Assembly: GCA_004431415.1 (NCBI GenBank)
Contig: QPMI01000491.1
Location: 70,590-134,589, forward strand
Reading direction: 5' to 3'
DNA: 64,000 nucleotides
Source of the DNA: Cyanophora paradoxa CCMP329
Lineage: Eukaryota; Plantae; Glaucophyta
Both the position numbers and the translations under genes were made by a program. Numbering within the stretch: the first letter of the stretch is position 1; each line of letters starts with the position of its first letter. The notes below the pieces were generated by a model, which was given only the letters and a program-made list of their open reading frames with translations, was not told where the DNA came from and made no database searches. Positions 1-14,700 of this stretch are shown here, in pieces.

Positions 1-3000
1 TTCTTTCATTTGATTTACTGATGCGAGAATCGCCGGTTCTCTACGCGCTTCACAGTTTTACACATGGTGCGAGAGACTCCTCGAACGCACAGAATGCGGA
101 GTGTGACCGATGATTATTAAAACTGCGATATATATATTGCGCAGGTATCATATCGTAATCGGTATTCCATGATGAACCGAAACTCTTTTATACGCGATCG
201 GAATCGTTTGCTGCCTTTGACTGACGCGGCGAGCAGCAATTGGCTCCGACGGCTCCGTCTCTGCCTTCGTCGACGGGAAGGCAGCGAGCACGGCCAATAT
301 CACTGCGGCCCCGTCCGTGAACCGGTCGTCGCAGTATATTGGCAAGTCAAACTGGAACACCGTGCGTTGCTAGCGTTGCTACAGTTTCCACAGTTGCGTC
401 TGCTGATTGCAAAGGCGGGGTAGACGCAGCACCCTTACCTCACGGGCTGCGCTCTTGCTGGTGGGCTGACCTAAATTCGAGCCGAAAACTAGATATTAAC
501 AACGACCTTTCCTCGCACGCAAGGTTTCCGAATGTACTCCGAAGTCCTTACCGCGACCGATGTCGCGACTCTGTACGGCGGCGGCTCTGTGTCAAAAGCT
601 CTCTACCTTTTCTACAAGTTTGATGAAGCCGCCGGGGTACTCCCCGCAAGGTTTAATTTTATCCGCTGATTCTCTTGAGCTGACAATTGCAAATGCTTTT
701 TCGCACAGGCCGCGACCATTGTCGACTATTCCGTGCGCCAATCTTCCGTTCATGCGATAAATTCCATTTCCCATCTGACGTCGGTTGCTTCGGGATTCAA
801 GGGAAACACAGGACGGGACGCCAATATTACTGGCGACGTCTCTATTGTTACCTACAAAAAATTCCCGTCCCTCAGCCGCAGCACGGGCGCGTTGCCGATT
901 GGTCAAAGAGCGTCATGTAAGCAAGCTGACGCGCACGCGGGCGCATGCGCAGCTGCCTACTTCGGCGTTACTGGAAGCACGGCCGGCCCGCGATCGATTT
1001 CGGCTCCCGCCTTTACTTTCTCCTTCCCGATAAGTCTCGAGTTCAACATCCTTCTGGTCCAGTATCAGACTGACGCTTCCAGGTGCGGGCTGTCACTGCC
1101 GCGCATGCGTATGTTGCAATAGCCTTCTGAACCGACTCCGTCTCCGCAATTTCCTCCTTTCAGAGTCCTCGACTTTGGTTAGGCTTTCTCATACATTCTT
1201 CATCCGTATGCGTACCTCTAGATCTGACGCGACGCAAATAGGCAAGGGTCAGACGATGTCGAATCTGGTGAGCTGGTTAAACTTTCGTCCATCAATATTA
1301 GTATCGCAATCGGATGTCCCATGGCCAGTGTGTGAATTCCTGATCCTCGAGCGCCCCATACCAGGCCGTCTGGGTCGAAACGGACGTCTCTGGATACGGT
1401 AAGCAGAATGAATTCCTTGTCCAATTGCATGCTTCTTGTTCTGGAGGGCGTTAACGCTGTCGATCCCGCAGGGCTTGGAATGCAATTATTCTCTGGCTCC
1501 ACCGGCTCGAATATCATCTACCTGTTCCGCCCCTCCAGCGCCGGTACCCTACAGCTTAACACCTGGTGCGGCTCTTTTAATTCCGAAGTTAGTGGGGCAT
1601 AGAGTCTGTGGATCACGAAAGTAATTTAATTGCAAGGTATCACATCGTCATTGTCTTCGGAGCCGACGGATCCGTTGCGGGGTATCTCAATGGAGCATAT
1701 GTCGCCCCGAGCGCCACAAAGTTCGTTTCCGGTACCAACGCGGCGAATGCATTGGTCCTGGAAAATATATCCCGTAATTTGAACTACATTGTGCGTCGAA
1801 AGAAAATGTTTTTGGTCGCATGCGCCCGCTTTCCCGTTGCAGCTGACATACAATGCACCAGGGGAAGTCCAACTGGCTGGCGGTTCGATTTTTGAGCTCT
1901 CATTTCTCGTCTCTAGCAGATCTAGACTGTTCATGTGGCTGAAAGGGTAGCAGGATCCATATCTAACCGGAGCGTATCTTGGTGGCCTGCGCATGTGGAG
2001 CATGTGCCTCGGGGCGACCGACGTGGCGAACCTGTACGGCGGGAAGCCGGTGTACGGGAACGCGCACCTCTACTACGAGTTCGACGACGACCCCTCGGTG
2101 CGGCCGAAATCGAATCGCATTCGTAGCCGATCATTTATCTCTGTGTGACAATGCTCCGCGTACGTACACCTGCGCAGGGCACGAACATTACTGATTACTC
2201 GGTGAGATGCGAGCTTGATAACGATATCGATGTCCCGTGATGTCCTTTAAGACCCCGTGACGCCGTCTGTCCATGGCAGGGTTTTGGGCGAAACGGTACT
2301 CGTTCGTCGGACGTGAAGCTTCTATTGCTCTCCTCAAAATTGTGGCCAAGCTTCAACGGCAACAAAGGTTGGCTAGTGTCAAATTTCGCTGAGGCTGTAT
2401 GGACTAGCGACGATCTGTCTCGCAGCTGTTCGCTTTGGGACAACTGGAGGGATTAGCGGAGCGCGTGCAGTCACGTTGCCGACGATGACTGTGGCGCTTC
2501 CCCTTTCGATCGAATTCTCCTTTATGATCACTCAGCTGCAAGATTGGGGCGCGCGCGTCGTCGGTGCGTTTCATTCTCATTCTCACATTCTTATAATCAC
2601 ATGTAGACGTTCTCATCCAAGTTCTGCAGATTTGGGCCTGACGCTTCAGAGCGAGAACGTCATTGTTGTCTTCAATAAAGGTATGCTATGTTTTGATCGA
2701 TGCGCCGTTGTTCGCTGACAGTCAAGAAGGCCCGAGCGACGATTCGAATTATATGATGATGCAGATCTTCGATGGGAGCACACAGAGTTCATATGTGACT
2801 ATGTTCAAGAGCGGCAGCAACATCGGCGTTATCTATGTTCGCGCAGCTATCTAGGGACATCTTTCTTCATATATAGCATCCAATCTGACGTGCCTCCTGC
2901 AGCCGAATAACTGGTACCACGTCGTAATTGTCATGCAAACCGACGGCACAATCACGCCCTACCTCAACAATGTCAAGTACGCTCCTATCGGTTCGCTGGG

Positions 3001-6000
3001 GTTGGTGATGAAGTCGATCGCCCGCACATCCAATTTTATTGTACGTCCCACGCGCTATATTTGCGCATATATATGGGGGTGGACGTGAATGTCCGCTCAG
3101 CTGACATTTCGCAATTCAGGGCAAGAGCAACTGGCCAACTGTCTGCTCTCCTCTTGCTTTTCTGGTCGTTTTTCTCGTGAGGGCTGAAAAATCGATGGCA
3201 GGACCCGTTTCTTACTGGATGTTTCTTTTCCGGATTCCGGCTTTGGAGCTCCCCGCTCTCGGACGCCGACGTTAGTTCCCTCTTCTACGGCAGTGGCGCT
3301 TCGGGATCCCTGTACGTCTTCTATGCGTTCGACGATGATCCCGCGGTACGCACCATTTCCCCATGCATATGCATAGCTGTAGCTTTTGCTCGCGTGCGGC
3401 GGCGGCGCCTTCGACATATGAATGATTCTTGTGACGTCGTAAGAAAGATGATGCTGACTGTGATTCAGCAAGACACAGGTTGAATATTAATCTCCTCTGC
3501 TTTCGGGCTTGCAGGATTACAGCGGAAATGGTCTCAATGCCACAATGCAGGGCGATGTGTCCTTCGCATCAGTCGTCCAGCATCCCTATCTGCGCCGCCA
3601 TGACGGTTCGCTACTTCTCGACCCAGACCTGCAATGCTCGCGCCAATCGATCTTACAACCATGGCGACCGTACGCGTGCAGCCGTGTTTTTCAACACGAG
3701 TGCGAACGCGACGGAGCGCTACTTGGATTCAGCTCCGACGTTTGCCTTGGGCCTTCCGATCTCCTTAGAATTCAACGTGAAGGCGCGCATGCGCACCTGC
3801 CGATTTCGATACGCTGCTGTTTGTCGACGCAAATCGAACTGCCGATGTACTCGCGGCGTCGGCTGCGCAGATCTTACAAACGCAACCATCGTATGCTTGC
3901 ATCATGAACTTCGGAAGCGGAACCCCTATGGATACTCTGGTGCGCCGCCTACGTATATGGTTTATAAAATGTATGAAGAGGCTGATCGCATTTTGTGCAC
4001 GCAGATATTTTTCTGGCAGGTTCACACGATTCTTTATTTTCAAATCTGATCATGACTTTATCTATCGATATCTTTGACTTTGAGTGTCTTCCGAGCAGAA
4101 GGACAGCGACACCCGGAATTCGATAGGTAAGTATGCGCGCCGGTATATTGCGCTCGTTCAATTAATTTCCCGTTCGCTCAATCGCGTTTCCGGTGACCGC
4201 AGGTCTGACAATGACTTCCGCAACAACCTGGACGGCACCCGAAATATACTTTTTCCGCACTAATGGCGTCGGCGACATTGTGGTGCGCTTTAGCGGCACA
4301 TGTTCCCTTGCGTTTCTATGGTACTGGGTCTGAGCTGCTTTCCGCAGAACAACACATGGTGACCTCTTACGTATATACGTATAAAACATTAGAATGGCAA
4401 TCGACTGAGTCCGCTTCCCTTCCGCCTTGCAGGTATCATATAGGTGAGCAGATCTCTTTCAGTGAAGAAGCACATTGCGCGTGCGTGCCCCATCGAGAAC
4501 GACGCTTCGGAATTTCCTCTTTTCAGTTATCACGATCGATCCCGCGGGAGCCGTTCGCGGGTATATCAACGGAGTCGAGGGCACCGCAACTCAAGCGACA
4601 ACCGGCCGTGAGATTCCGCCTATCCGGGCAGTCACCCGCACGAAGCACTGGATAGGTGCGGAAGCGTGCAGCCTCCGTGCTCTTTTTATATCTCTCGATA
4701 TTCTATGTCTCATTTGCATTTACTTCAATGTGCAACAGGCAAGTCGCTATGGGCGACGCCAGGTCTTTTGGACCCCTCTGCCATGAAGGGAGTGTACCTT
4801 GGCGGATTCAGGCTCTGGGGCAACGTACTCACCGCGGCCGACGCGAAATCCCTTGCAAACAAGGGGCAGGCCCCCGGAAGGCTGCACCTGTACTACAAGT
4901 TCGACGAAATCTTCACGAGCGGCGTGCGTGCTGTTTCTATCTTCTATACATATATTTACTCTGCTTTGAGTTTCTACTGCTCGCCCAGATCACCTTTGGA
5001 ACCGTTGCGGATTATTCGGGGAACAACCGGTGCGTCGCTTTGAAAACAATTCGATAACGTGATTATGAATTAACGACCGGCCACGCCCGATCAGCAATGC
5101 TTTAATGATCGGAGATTTGGAACTGGTCGTCGCGGAGACGGAGACCAACACCACAACGACTTCATTTACGCCTATGTCCACGCCGTCGGTGCGCATGCAT
5201 CGCCCCGGCCCGCGGTGCACATAATGGCGTGTGCTGCATTGCTGAAGGCCCCCCCCCCCCCCCCCCCTCCCCTCTCGCGAATTCCGGGATCCTCTGCAGA
5301 TCCAGAATCCCAATGCAGACGTGAAGCGCTATGAGGTTCATATCGACTGATCTCGGATACTATGGCTAGGCCTGATGGTTGACTATAAATTGATCTCGAC
5401 GTCGATGCTGCAGGCCAAGATCACGCTCAACGTAGCCAATCCCTCGACATGGACGGGCTTCGTCTCTTTGAACGCAACCTGCTCTGCCACCTCCCTTGTA
5501 CAAGCTCCACTTAAATCGTTTATCATCCAGTGGCACTTATTGACGTTCATTTTCGTGTGCAGCCTGCCGGCATCCAGCTGCCCCCGTCGACGCAAGTGTT
5601 CGGACCTCGTCCTTTCCTGCTCCCGCCGCGCAGGGTCCTGCAGATCTCGCTGGAAAAGTCGTTCCTGCCGCCCAACTCGCAGCTCAACTGCACACTCTTC
5701 GTCACCACTATGGACGGGCCGGAGCCCAAGATCATTGCTCAAGCAGAGCTTCAGTTTCAGACCGGCCCCGTCCCCCCGGCGCCACCGCTCGCACCGCCAC
5801 CTCCGGCGTTGATGCACTTCACGACCAAGTCCCTCTTGGTGCAGGTGCGCGGGTAACTCGCCTTTAAACCTTTTCTCAACTCCTCAGCACCTTCCTTTAC
5901 GCGCGCAGATTATCATGCAGAAGGAGCTGGCGTGGCCGCCCCTAACGAAGTGCGACCTCTACGTCATGGCCAGAGATTCCGTCGGAGATTCAGTAGTCGG

Positions 6001-9000
6001 CCACGTCATTGCCACGGAACTGGATACGCGCTGGGGCCGCCTCGTGAGCGTAAAGGGCCTCGAAGCCTCTTCAAATTACACGTTCATGATCACCCGGCCC
6101 GCTTCCCTTCAGCCCCTAGCTCTGCCTTACCGTTCGCAGGTTTTTCTCGCGCTGCTGGAACAACCTCGAGACGGGCCCGGTGTCGCGAATGGTCACTTTC
6201 ATGAGTGCGGCGCATATCAAGCCTTGCGTGGTTCAATCGCCCACAATCGCGCAGCGGATGGCCCCCCACAGGAGCCCTTCGCTCCGGTGCGCTTCGCAGT
6301 GTCGGTGGAAGTCAGCTCTCAGAAGGCCTCGGTGCACTGGAAGAGTTCTTCGCAATAAATTTACATTTACGTGAGACTGCAGATTGAAATCGGCATTCCT
6401 CGTCCAATCATTCCCAAGCACATCGCGGCCGCAACTCCACCCAACACGTTCAACTGTTCAATCATCTTTGTCGAGTTCAACGGAAAACCCATCGAGGTGC
6501 ATCCCGGCATTTTCTGCAGCTGTCCCGTTAACGTTGTTGCCTTTCAAATATTCGCCTGACCGTGATCTGATATCGATATAATTTGTTTGCATACAGGGCC
6601 GGGGACCCACAGTGCCGCTGGAGGCCTACGTCGGCGAAACGGTGCTGCGCCGGAAGATCGATTCCTTCACCGTCGGCTCGCAGGAACAGGTATGCATGTG
6701 CAGCCTTACGCTTCTCAGCGAGCGGGGAATAAGACGTCGGACACGCAGCAGATGGTTACCGTAGGGCGATACAAGATTGCGACATCGTGTTCCAACAGGT
6801 TCGGCCGGCGTGACGGCGGCTGGATCCCCATCGACATCTTCAGTGCGCGCTCCCGCTGTCGATTTGAAATTGCAGTTGCAAATGGGGCGAGCGAGCTGAT
6901 TGCCAGCAGACCTGGAGCCGCCGCCGTCGCCGGGCTTCGCCGTCATGCCGCGCACCTTCGGCGCCAGCGTTCTGATCGACCCGCTGTACATAGTCGCGCC
7001 GGGCCTCGAGTTCTGCGCGGGCTACATCGCCGACGCCGAGGTCTTCCGCGTCACCAAGGCCGACGACATGTGGTGCTACAAGCCCCTCCAGAGCGTTGAC
7101 GTTGAGACCTGCGGCTCCAAGGCAGTGAAGAACGGCGGCATCCCCTCCGCGCTCGCAAACCTCCTTCCGGGAACCACGTACACCGTCGAGGTGCCCGGCC
7201 TGGGGCACACCAATCACACAGTTTTGACTCAATGACTTTGTGCTCTCCTAACCAGGTTGCCTGCTCGAATGCGAACGGGCGGGGCGAGAGCAAATCACAA
7301 ACGTTTACAACTAAAGGTCAGCTCTGCCCGACCACTGATTCGATATCAATCAAAGCGATTTGCGATCGAATGAAACTCACACACAACCTTGCAATTAGCT
7401 TTGCCCCCGCCCAAGAACCTTGTCGTTAGGAGGGCCGAGGTGCGATCGGGTTTGAAGACGGTTACTATTTCCGAGCTGATCATGACCTTGACATCTGCAG
7501 TCCCAATATGTCACTGTATACTTTGATATGCAGTACGGACCCGCAGGGGGTGACCAAGGTATAAAGCACTTCTCTCCCAGACTTTACGTGGAATCAGCGT
7601 GCTCATCAATAATTATTTGATTCTTTGCAGTGACGAGGTGCCATATGCTCATTAACGGGACGGACGCCGGTGCGCGCGAACCGCGATTGGCGATTCCGAT
7701 GCGAGTAATTTTAATTTCACATCCAAATCTTCTGCGCATTCAGGAGGACTTAATTTCACGGCGGAGATGGGCCAGCCGAGCAACCTGACCATGTCCAGCT
7801 CTATCAGCGTCCAGGAGCTGTCGGCAAAGCGGCCGTACTATGTCCAGGTGGCGTGCGGCCGCCGCGAGGGCCTCTCCAACTACACGGACCCAGTCGTCTT
7901 CGCGACCCGCGAGAGCGGTGCATGGGCTTCAATTTAAATTCGTTCCGCCCACGTTCGCTCATAATCCAACCCCATCCCGTATGCGTAGCCGTCCAGCTGA
8001 GTCCTCAGACCACAAAGGATCTTATCTCCACTGCTGACGGTGCGCGTGTTTGATTTCGACCCGGTACACGTGCATGGAGGGACGCGGCGAAACTTTTCGC
8101 AGGAAAGCTGATGGCTTCGACGCCGCTCGCCTTGGCGAAGGACACTTGCCTCTCGCAGTCGAAATCCGAATGCATCTACAAGCCGCCGACAGTGCAGCCA
8201 ACAACCGGCGATCGCGATGCTGCTGCAGTGCTCGCAGCTGAAAAGGAGGCAGTGAAGCTGAAAAAGGAAAAGTGCGGGGAGACCTGCGAGCCTGGGGCAG
8301 ACGGCAAAGTCACGTGCACGAAAGATTTCCCGGGTGCGCCTGCAGTTGACGGAAGCATCGCCGGCTACTTACCTCTCTTTCTGGCAGAATACTGGACGAA
8401 GCCCGAGTGCCCTCTTGCAACGACAACTTCCGTTACGTCTACCCAGAGTGCGCTCTTATTGTCGCGCATGTAAACGCAGCTTCTTCGCGTGTATATTTAC
8501 TCCGCGTCGCCGGCGCCGGCAGTGCCGGGAACGATCGCTCCCACGCAGCGCCGTTCGATGCTGGCTGGCAGGGCGGGCGCAAGCGTCGGCAGCGGCGAGG
8601 CGCCGGCGGGTGCGGAGTGCCATGAGTACGAGGACACCCGTGGCGAGTCGGTGAAGGGGAACATAGTCCGCGCGTGCTACCGAAAGTCAGCCCGCGCGCC
8701 CGCACGCCGCTCGCTGCTCTAGATCTAAAGCGCGCTCGGTTGCAGCGGCAAGCTCGTCTCCTCGACCTACATCCTCGCATCGTGCGCAAGTTTCATCTCT
8801 CCCTCTGTTCGAATTTTAGTAAAGGACCGACCCGTGCGTTTACATGGACAGGGCCAACATTCAGACGGTAGTGGCCGCACGAAAGTTTACCCCCGCACCC
8901 TGTCCTCGGAGCTGACCGCGCGCCCACGCAGAACGAGAGAGGGGAGGTAACCGCCAGCATTCCGGACGACCTTCCCCCACCCGAGTACCTCGCTCCGAAG

Positions 9001-11470
9001 GGCGTACGCGCCCGCCACCTGCTTCAGACCCTCCCCGGCCCCGTCTTCGCCAACGGCGCCCTGCTCGGTGCGCGCTCTGCGTCAATGCTTTAGACACGCT
9101 CATGGATGGAGCGTTAATGTTGGCTTTCACAGGCATGACGACGACGGTGAGCTGGTTGTAGCTTCGAGCCATCGACCCTCTCCGGGGTTTTTTTACACCA
9201 CTCGCAGGACTTGGCGAGCGGGGAGTCGACGACTGTCGAAGGAGTGCGTGCACGCGCAACGTGTTTTGGTACCCTCGAATTAATAATCGATTTCGCAGGC
9301 CATGCAGTTTAAGCCACGCCCCGTCGGTGTGTTTGCGAATCGATTCTGACACGACCGCGTGGCGGGGGACGTTCCATGATCGCGATAATGACATCCGAAC
9401 AGGCCTCGCGGCGCCAAGCTTCCCTCGCGTCGTGGCCACGACCTTCCGCTCCGTCTCCGTTGCGTTCACTGTCCCCGTCAACGAGGCGTACGACGTCGTG
9501 TCCGGACAGTCCATCCCGATCTCGAAGGTGCGTGAACTCGCTGCGGCGCGATTCTAGAGCTGACTCTTCAATTCTGGCCTAGTGCTCTCTGCTCTCGCTC
9601 GGGGTGGACTCGACCGGCGCGGAATCGGCCGCGGAGGTCGCCAGCGGCGTGCCGACGCGAGCGAGCGAGATGTCAATGATGGTGGACCGCCTAGCCGCGA
9701 ACACGGCCTACCGCATGGTCGCCGTGTGCAGCAACTCGATCGGAAGCAGCCCGCGGAGCGCGGTTGTCGCTTTCACCACGCCAGGTTCGCCGCCGCGAAC
9801 TCTAATAAATCTGACGCTGAAACTCACCCTCAACCGCAGCGATGGGCATCCAGCTGGACTTCGACTCAATCGGGAGCCTGAGCATGGACGGCAGCTTCGT
9901 CGCGAACGCGCCCATCAAGCTCTTCCCGCCCATGGCCGCCGCTGCCGACCGTCGGGCCTGCCTAGCGGGCACATTCTTCGCTGTCCCTCGCGTGAGTCGA
10001 ACTCAGAGAAATTAAGAGCCGGCGCCTTTGAATTTCGGGGGCTCAAATTTATCTGCAGGTCGAGATCGGGCGCTTCAGCCGAGGCTCCTTCACCGATGCC
10101 ATCACTGTCGACGCGTCGCTCAACCCGCCCATCCCAGAGAGGAGCACGGAACCCTCGACCTCCGTCTGTTTCGGTGAGCGAACGACATTATGATTCACGG
10201 AGCACGGAAGCCATTGTCGTTGATTATGGTTGTTCGGCACATGCGCAGTGATTCCAGCGAGTCCCTACGCGGCGTCCGCGCGCCCCGCGCGGCACCTGCT
10301 CGTCCTGTCGACGGGCGCCGCCCACTCGCTCCGCGTGACGGACGTGCAGACGGGCTCCAGCGTCGTCGTGCAGAACGTGCGCTATATTCTCTGGCATGGG
10401 AATGCGATACTTTGCCCTGCTCTGATTAGACTTCTTCGAATGGACGTTGACAGGCCGTCATTTGGCGACCGGCCGGCGCGATCGACGCCAACCGCACGGG
10501 GCTCAACTGCTCGAGCTTCGGCGCGATTCGCAGCTGCTCCGGCAACAAGCTCCGCCGCCTCTCGGCTCACTTGAGCTCCAATTCCACTGCGGACTTTTTC
10601 ATCGCGGGCACGTTCGGCGTCGTCCCCACCAGCGTGAGCTCGCGTGGCCCTCCGAAAGTGTATCCGAGCTGAAGTTGAAGCCGCTGCTCAGGTGATGTTC
10701 GGCCAGTTCGATCTTTCGACGGCTGCGGCCGTCTGCGCCCACCCCGCCGCAAACGTCCGCCTGTGCAACGGCGGCCTCTGCTTCGGTGCGCGAAACCGGC
10801 CCCAACCGCCCGCGGCCGCCCGAACTGACCGCCACGCTCGAGCAGACCTTCCGATGTCCCCTCCGTTGGACTGCGCCTTGGGCACGGGAAGAATGGCCGC
10901 GGGCCGCAGCCTTCTCCTCGCAAGCGAAAAGACGTACGACCTGCGCATCGATCAAGCCGACGGCGAGCAGACTCTCGTCACCAACGTGTGCCCGTTTATG
11001 CAGTTCATACACCTAGATCCGATAAAATCTATCACAAAGTCTTTTATTTATCTATCTAGATCTGCCAGCGCTGTTCACGCGATCCCGACACTTGCGCAGT
11101 TTGTGCAGTGGCAAGTGGCGCCGACGACTCTGTCGGCGTGGTCCGGATCGCAGGCTGCAGCCCCTCAGCCCGGAGGCAGCAACACGTCCCACATCGGACT
11201 CGGCCTCGGCCTCGGGCTCGGCCTGGTTCGCGTCGCACGTCCTGTACTCGTCCGACACCTCTGATCGACCTCTGCCTTCTGCAGGGCGCAGTGCTGCTGC
11301 TCGTGGGCGGCATCTGGGGGTACCACTACTATCGGCGCAGCAGCGCCCAGTGGAGCCGCAAGTCCCGTCCTAGGCCTGCAGCCGGCACCGGGGCCGACCC
11401 GCCGCCCCCATCCACCCTCTCGAGATCGGGCCGGAACGAGCCGCAAAATCCGACAACGATTTACATGTAG
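1..11470 (+). CDS. Giant multi-exon cell-surface protein (5' end outside window): at least 4 LamG/concanavalin-A-like jellyroll repeats, then FN3-like beta domains and a C-terminal TM helix
   Basis: Spliced exons repeat WYH(I/V)VI..DG....Y.NG and D/APYLTG..L.G.R.(W/Y)S..L...DV..LY...LYY.FD(D/E) near 145-640, 1640-2100, 2910-3345 and 4433-4920. FN3-like segments include LLPGTTYTVE.VACSNANG and LAANTAYRMVAVCSNSIGSS. TM segment GLGLGLG/AVLLLVGGIWGYHYYRR, ending TTIYM-TAG at 11468-11470. The internal exon structure is only partly resolved. Confidence 0.75.
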
Positions 11471-11761
11471 TTAGCTCCGACGATTGACATTCACATGCAT
11501 AAATGTGTAAGCGCCTCCCTGGCGCGTGCACGGGTACAAGACAGAGTCCTTGAACGGTGTCTGGTCCCGCGTGCACGTGTGTCGAGTTTCGAATATCAAT
11601 TCGCGCGTTGAGCGCACAGATCCGGTTTGACACGCTAGGGTTCTGAGCTTCGTGGTCTGAATTAAAATGGGCCGCCACGGCCCGCGCCGAGTCCCGATCA
11701 GATGGGCGCGCCCGGCCGCTGGAGCCGCAGGCCCGCGCAGCGCCTGTATAGGGCGCTCCAG

Positions 11762-14700
11762 TCAGCCGCGCCAGGGACGCGGGGAAAAGGAGGAGGGGTA
11801 CCGGGAGATCATGAAGAAGTAGAGGAGGAACAGGGCCCCTGAAGCGCGGCGGTGAGGCGAGAGGAAGGGGGGGTGGGGAAGCGGTCGGGGCGTACCGAAG
11901 AAAAGGGCGTTGAGGAAGCAGAGGCGGGCGGCCGCCGAACGGCGGAGGGCACGCCCCACCCGCGCCCTGCGCGCGCAAGCTTCAGAATTCGAAGGGGGGG
12001 TGAGGGGGTGTGTGGAGAGGGGTTTCGAAGGGGTACGGGTACGCACGTGCGAACGTCGAAGCCGCGGGCGATGCCGCGCACACGGCGAGAAGCGGCCGAG
12101 TCGGGACCCCCGAAGACTCCCCACGGCACCAGCGTCGCCGTGGGCCGGTACCCGTCCAGCTCTGCCGATACCGTATGCGTCGATAGAGGGATGGGGGGGG
12201 ATGAAGGGACGGGGGTACCGCGCTCGGAGTCGGAGTCGGACTCCTCGGGGTCCTCGGGGGAGGGTGCGAAGCCGACGTCACGGGGCCGCAGTTTCTTTTT
12301 TTAGAGAGGGGGGGGGTGAGCGGGAGCGGGGTACGCGAAAGGAAGGGGCGCACCCGGGCCTGGCGGTCGATGAGGGAGTGGAGGAGGGTACTCTCGGTGG
12401 GGCCCTCCTGCAGCCTTGAGGCGAGGTCCGAGGCCCGCGCCTGGGGGGGACGGATCAGGGGGAGGGGAGGTCCGGGGGGTACGCGGCGGACCGAGGAGCC
12501 GTCGAAGGGGGGTATGTCGAGGGCGCGGGAGGAGTTGGAGGAGGGGAGGGAGGGGGCGGCGCCGGGGATCGTCGGCTGCCCCGAGGCGTGCAGCCGCTGC
12601 AGCAGCTCCCGGCTGTCCGCCACGAGCCGCTGCGCCGAAAGTCAGGGGGGGGGAGTGGAGAGCGGCGCGGCGCCCCGCCCCCTGGGGGTACGGACGTCGA
12701 TGCGGTCCTGCTTGGCCTGGAGCTGCCCCTCGAGCTCGGCGCGCTCGGCGGCCCAGCGGCGCGCCTCCTCTTCCTTCTCCGCCAGCCGCCGCTCGAGGTC
12801 CGCCGCCGCGGGGGCCCCCGGCAGGCTCGCCGCCTCGGGGCCCCCCGGCGGGCTCCAGCCCACGGGCGTCCCCACCGCCCACCCGTCCGCCCCCCGGCTC
12901 GGCGTCGCCGGCTCGGGCGAGAGCTGCGCGGCGGTCAGAGGGGCGGAGCGCGCGGGGGCGGGGGCGGGCCGCCTCTCACCGGCGCGGCGCGGGCGGCTGC
13001 GGGGGTCGCCGCGGGGCGGCGGCGGCCTCCGCGGCCTGCGCCGCCGCCGCCGCCCTCGCGGCGCGCTCCGCAGAGGCGACGGCGGCGGCCTTCTCCCGCT
13101 CCAGGCGCTCCACCTCGTCCTGCCCCGCCCCGCCCTCGGTCAGGCGGGCGGGCGGCGGAGAGGAGGCGAAGCAGGGCCGGCCGGGCGCGCCTGGAGCTCC
13201 TTGGCGCGGGCGCGCAGGCGCTGGGCCTCGGCGGCGAGCCCCGCGGAGCGCTCGGCGGCGGCGCGCGCCGCCGCCTCGGCCGAGGCCTTCTCGTCCCGCG
13301 CCTGCTGGGCGGCGGCCTCGGCCCTGCGCGAGGACTCGCGCTGCTCCTTGAGGCGCCCCGCCAGCCGCTCGAGCTCCGCCGCGCGGCCGTCGAGCTCCGC
13401 CCGCAGCGCCTCGCGCGAGGCCCGCAGCGACTCGACCTCCTCCTGCCTCCCCTGCAGCTCCGTCGCCATCTGCGGACCCCTCAGCCCGATCCGAAGATAG
13501 ACGCAAAAGAGGGGGCCTGGGCGCACGCGGAGGCGCTCGGCGGCGACCTCCTCGACGGCGCGGCGCTGGCCCTCGACGGTGAGCCGCAGCTGGCCCGCCT
13601 CGCTCCGCGCCCGCTCCAGCTCCGCCGCCTCGTCTCCCATCCTGCCCGCCGCTAAGCACGCGCGCGGGCGCGGGCGAGGGGGTGTGGGGGGCACCGGGCG
13701 CGCTCGGCGGCGGCGGCGCGGGCGGCCTCCTCGCGGGCGCGGGCCTCGGCCTCCCTGCGGGCGGCCTCGAGGGCCGCCTCGAGCCGCTCGCGCTCGGCCT
13801 CCAGGCGGGAGGCCTCCTGGCTCTTCGCCATCAGCTTCATCGCCAGCTCCGACACGTTCAGGGCTGCCGCACGCGAGTCGGACGGGCCGAGTCGGGCCTA
13901 GGCGGGGGGCGGGGGAGCGCGCACAGTTCTGGTGGAGGCGCCCCGTGAGCTCCTCGGCCTCGGCCGCCGCGCGCTCGGCCTGCGCTGCGAGGCGCCCCCG
14001 CTCCGCCTCCGCCGCGTCCCGCTCCGCCGCCAGCCGCAGCGCCGCCTCCGCGTGCGCCTTCAGCTCTCGCCGCGCCGCCTCCTCGCGCCCCTCCGCCGCC
14101 GCCTCCCGCCGCCGCGCCTCCTCCGCCGCCCGCGCCCGCGCCGCCTCGGCCGCCGCGAGCTCGTCGCCCAGGCGCGCCATTTGCGAGCGGAGCCGCCCGG
14201 ACTCGGCCTCCGCCACCGCCAGCCGCGCCCGCAGCCCCGCCCCGCCCTCCTCCCCGCCCTCGCCCTCGCCGCCCTCGCCGCCGCTGCCGCCGCCGGCGCC
14301 GGCGGAGAGCGAAGCGACGAGCGCCCCGAGCTTGCCGCGCTCGGCGGCGAACTCCTCCTCGGCGGCGCGCGCCGAGGCGCGGGCCGCCGCGAGCGCCCCC
14401 TCCGCCTCCTCCACCGCCGCCATCGCCGCCACCGCCTGCCACCGCCGCCCCTTCAGAGGCGGGCTGCGGACGGCCGGAGGAGGGTACCGCACCCGCATCT
14501 CGGCGCGCTCGGCGCGCTCCTTCCACTCGCTGGGGAGGGTCTCGAACTCGGGGGCGCCGGCGCCGGCGGCGCCCGGCTCGCCCTTCAGCTGCGCCACGAT
14601 CCGCTGGAGCGCCGCCACCTCCTGCCGCCCGCACGGAGTGAGCCGGGGCACGGGCGGCCCGGCTCGGTCCGGCCGCGCGGCACCTGGCGCATGGTGGCGT

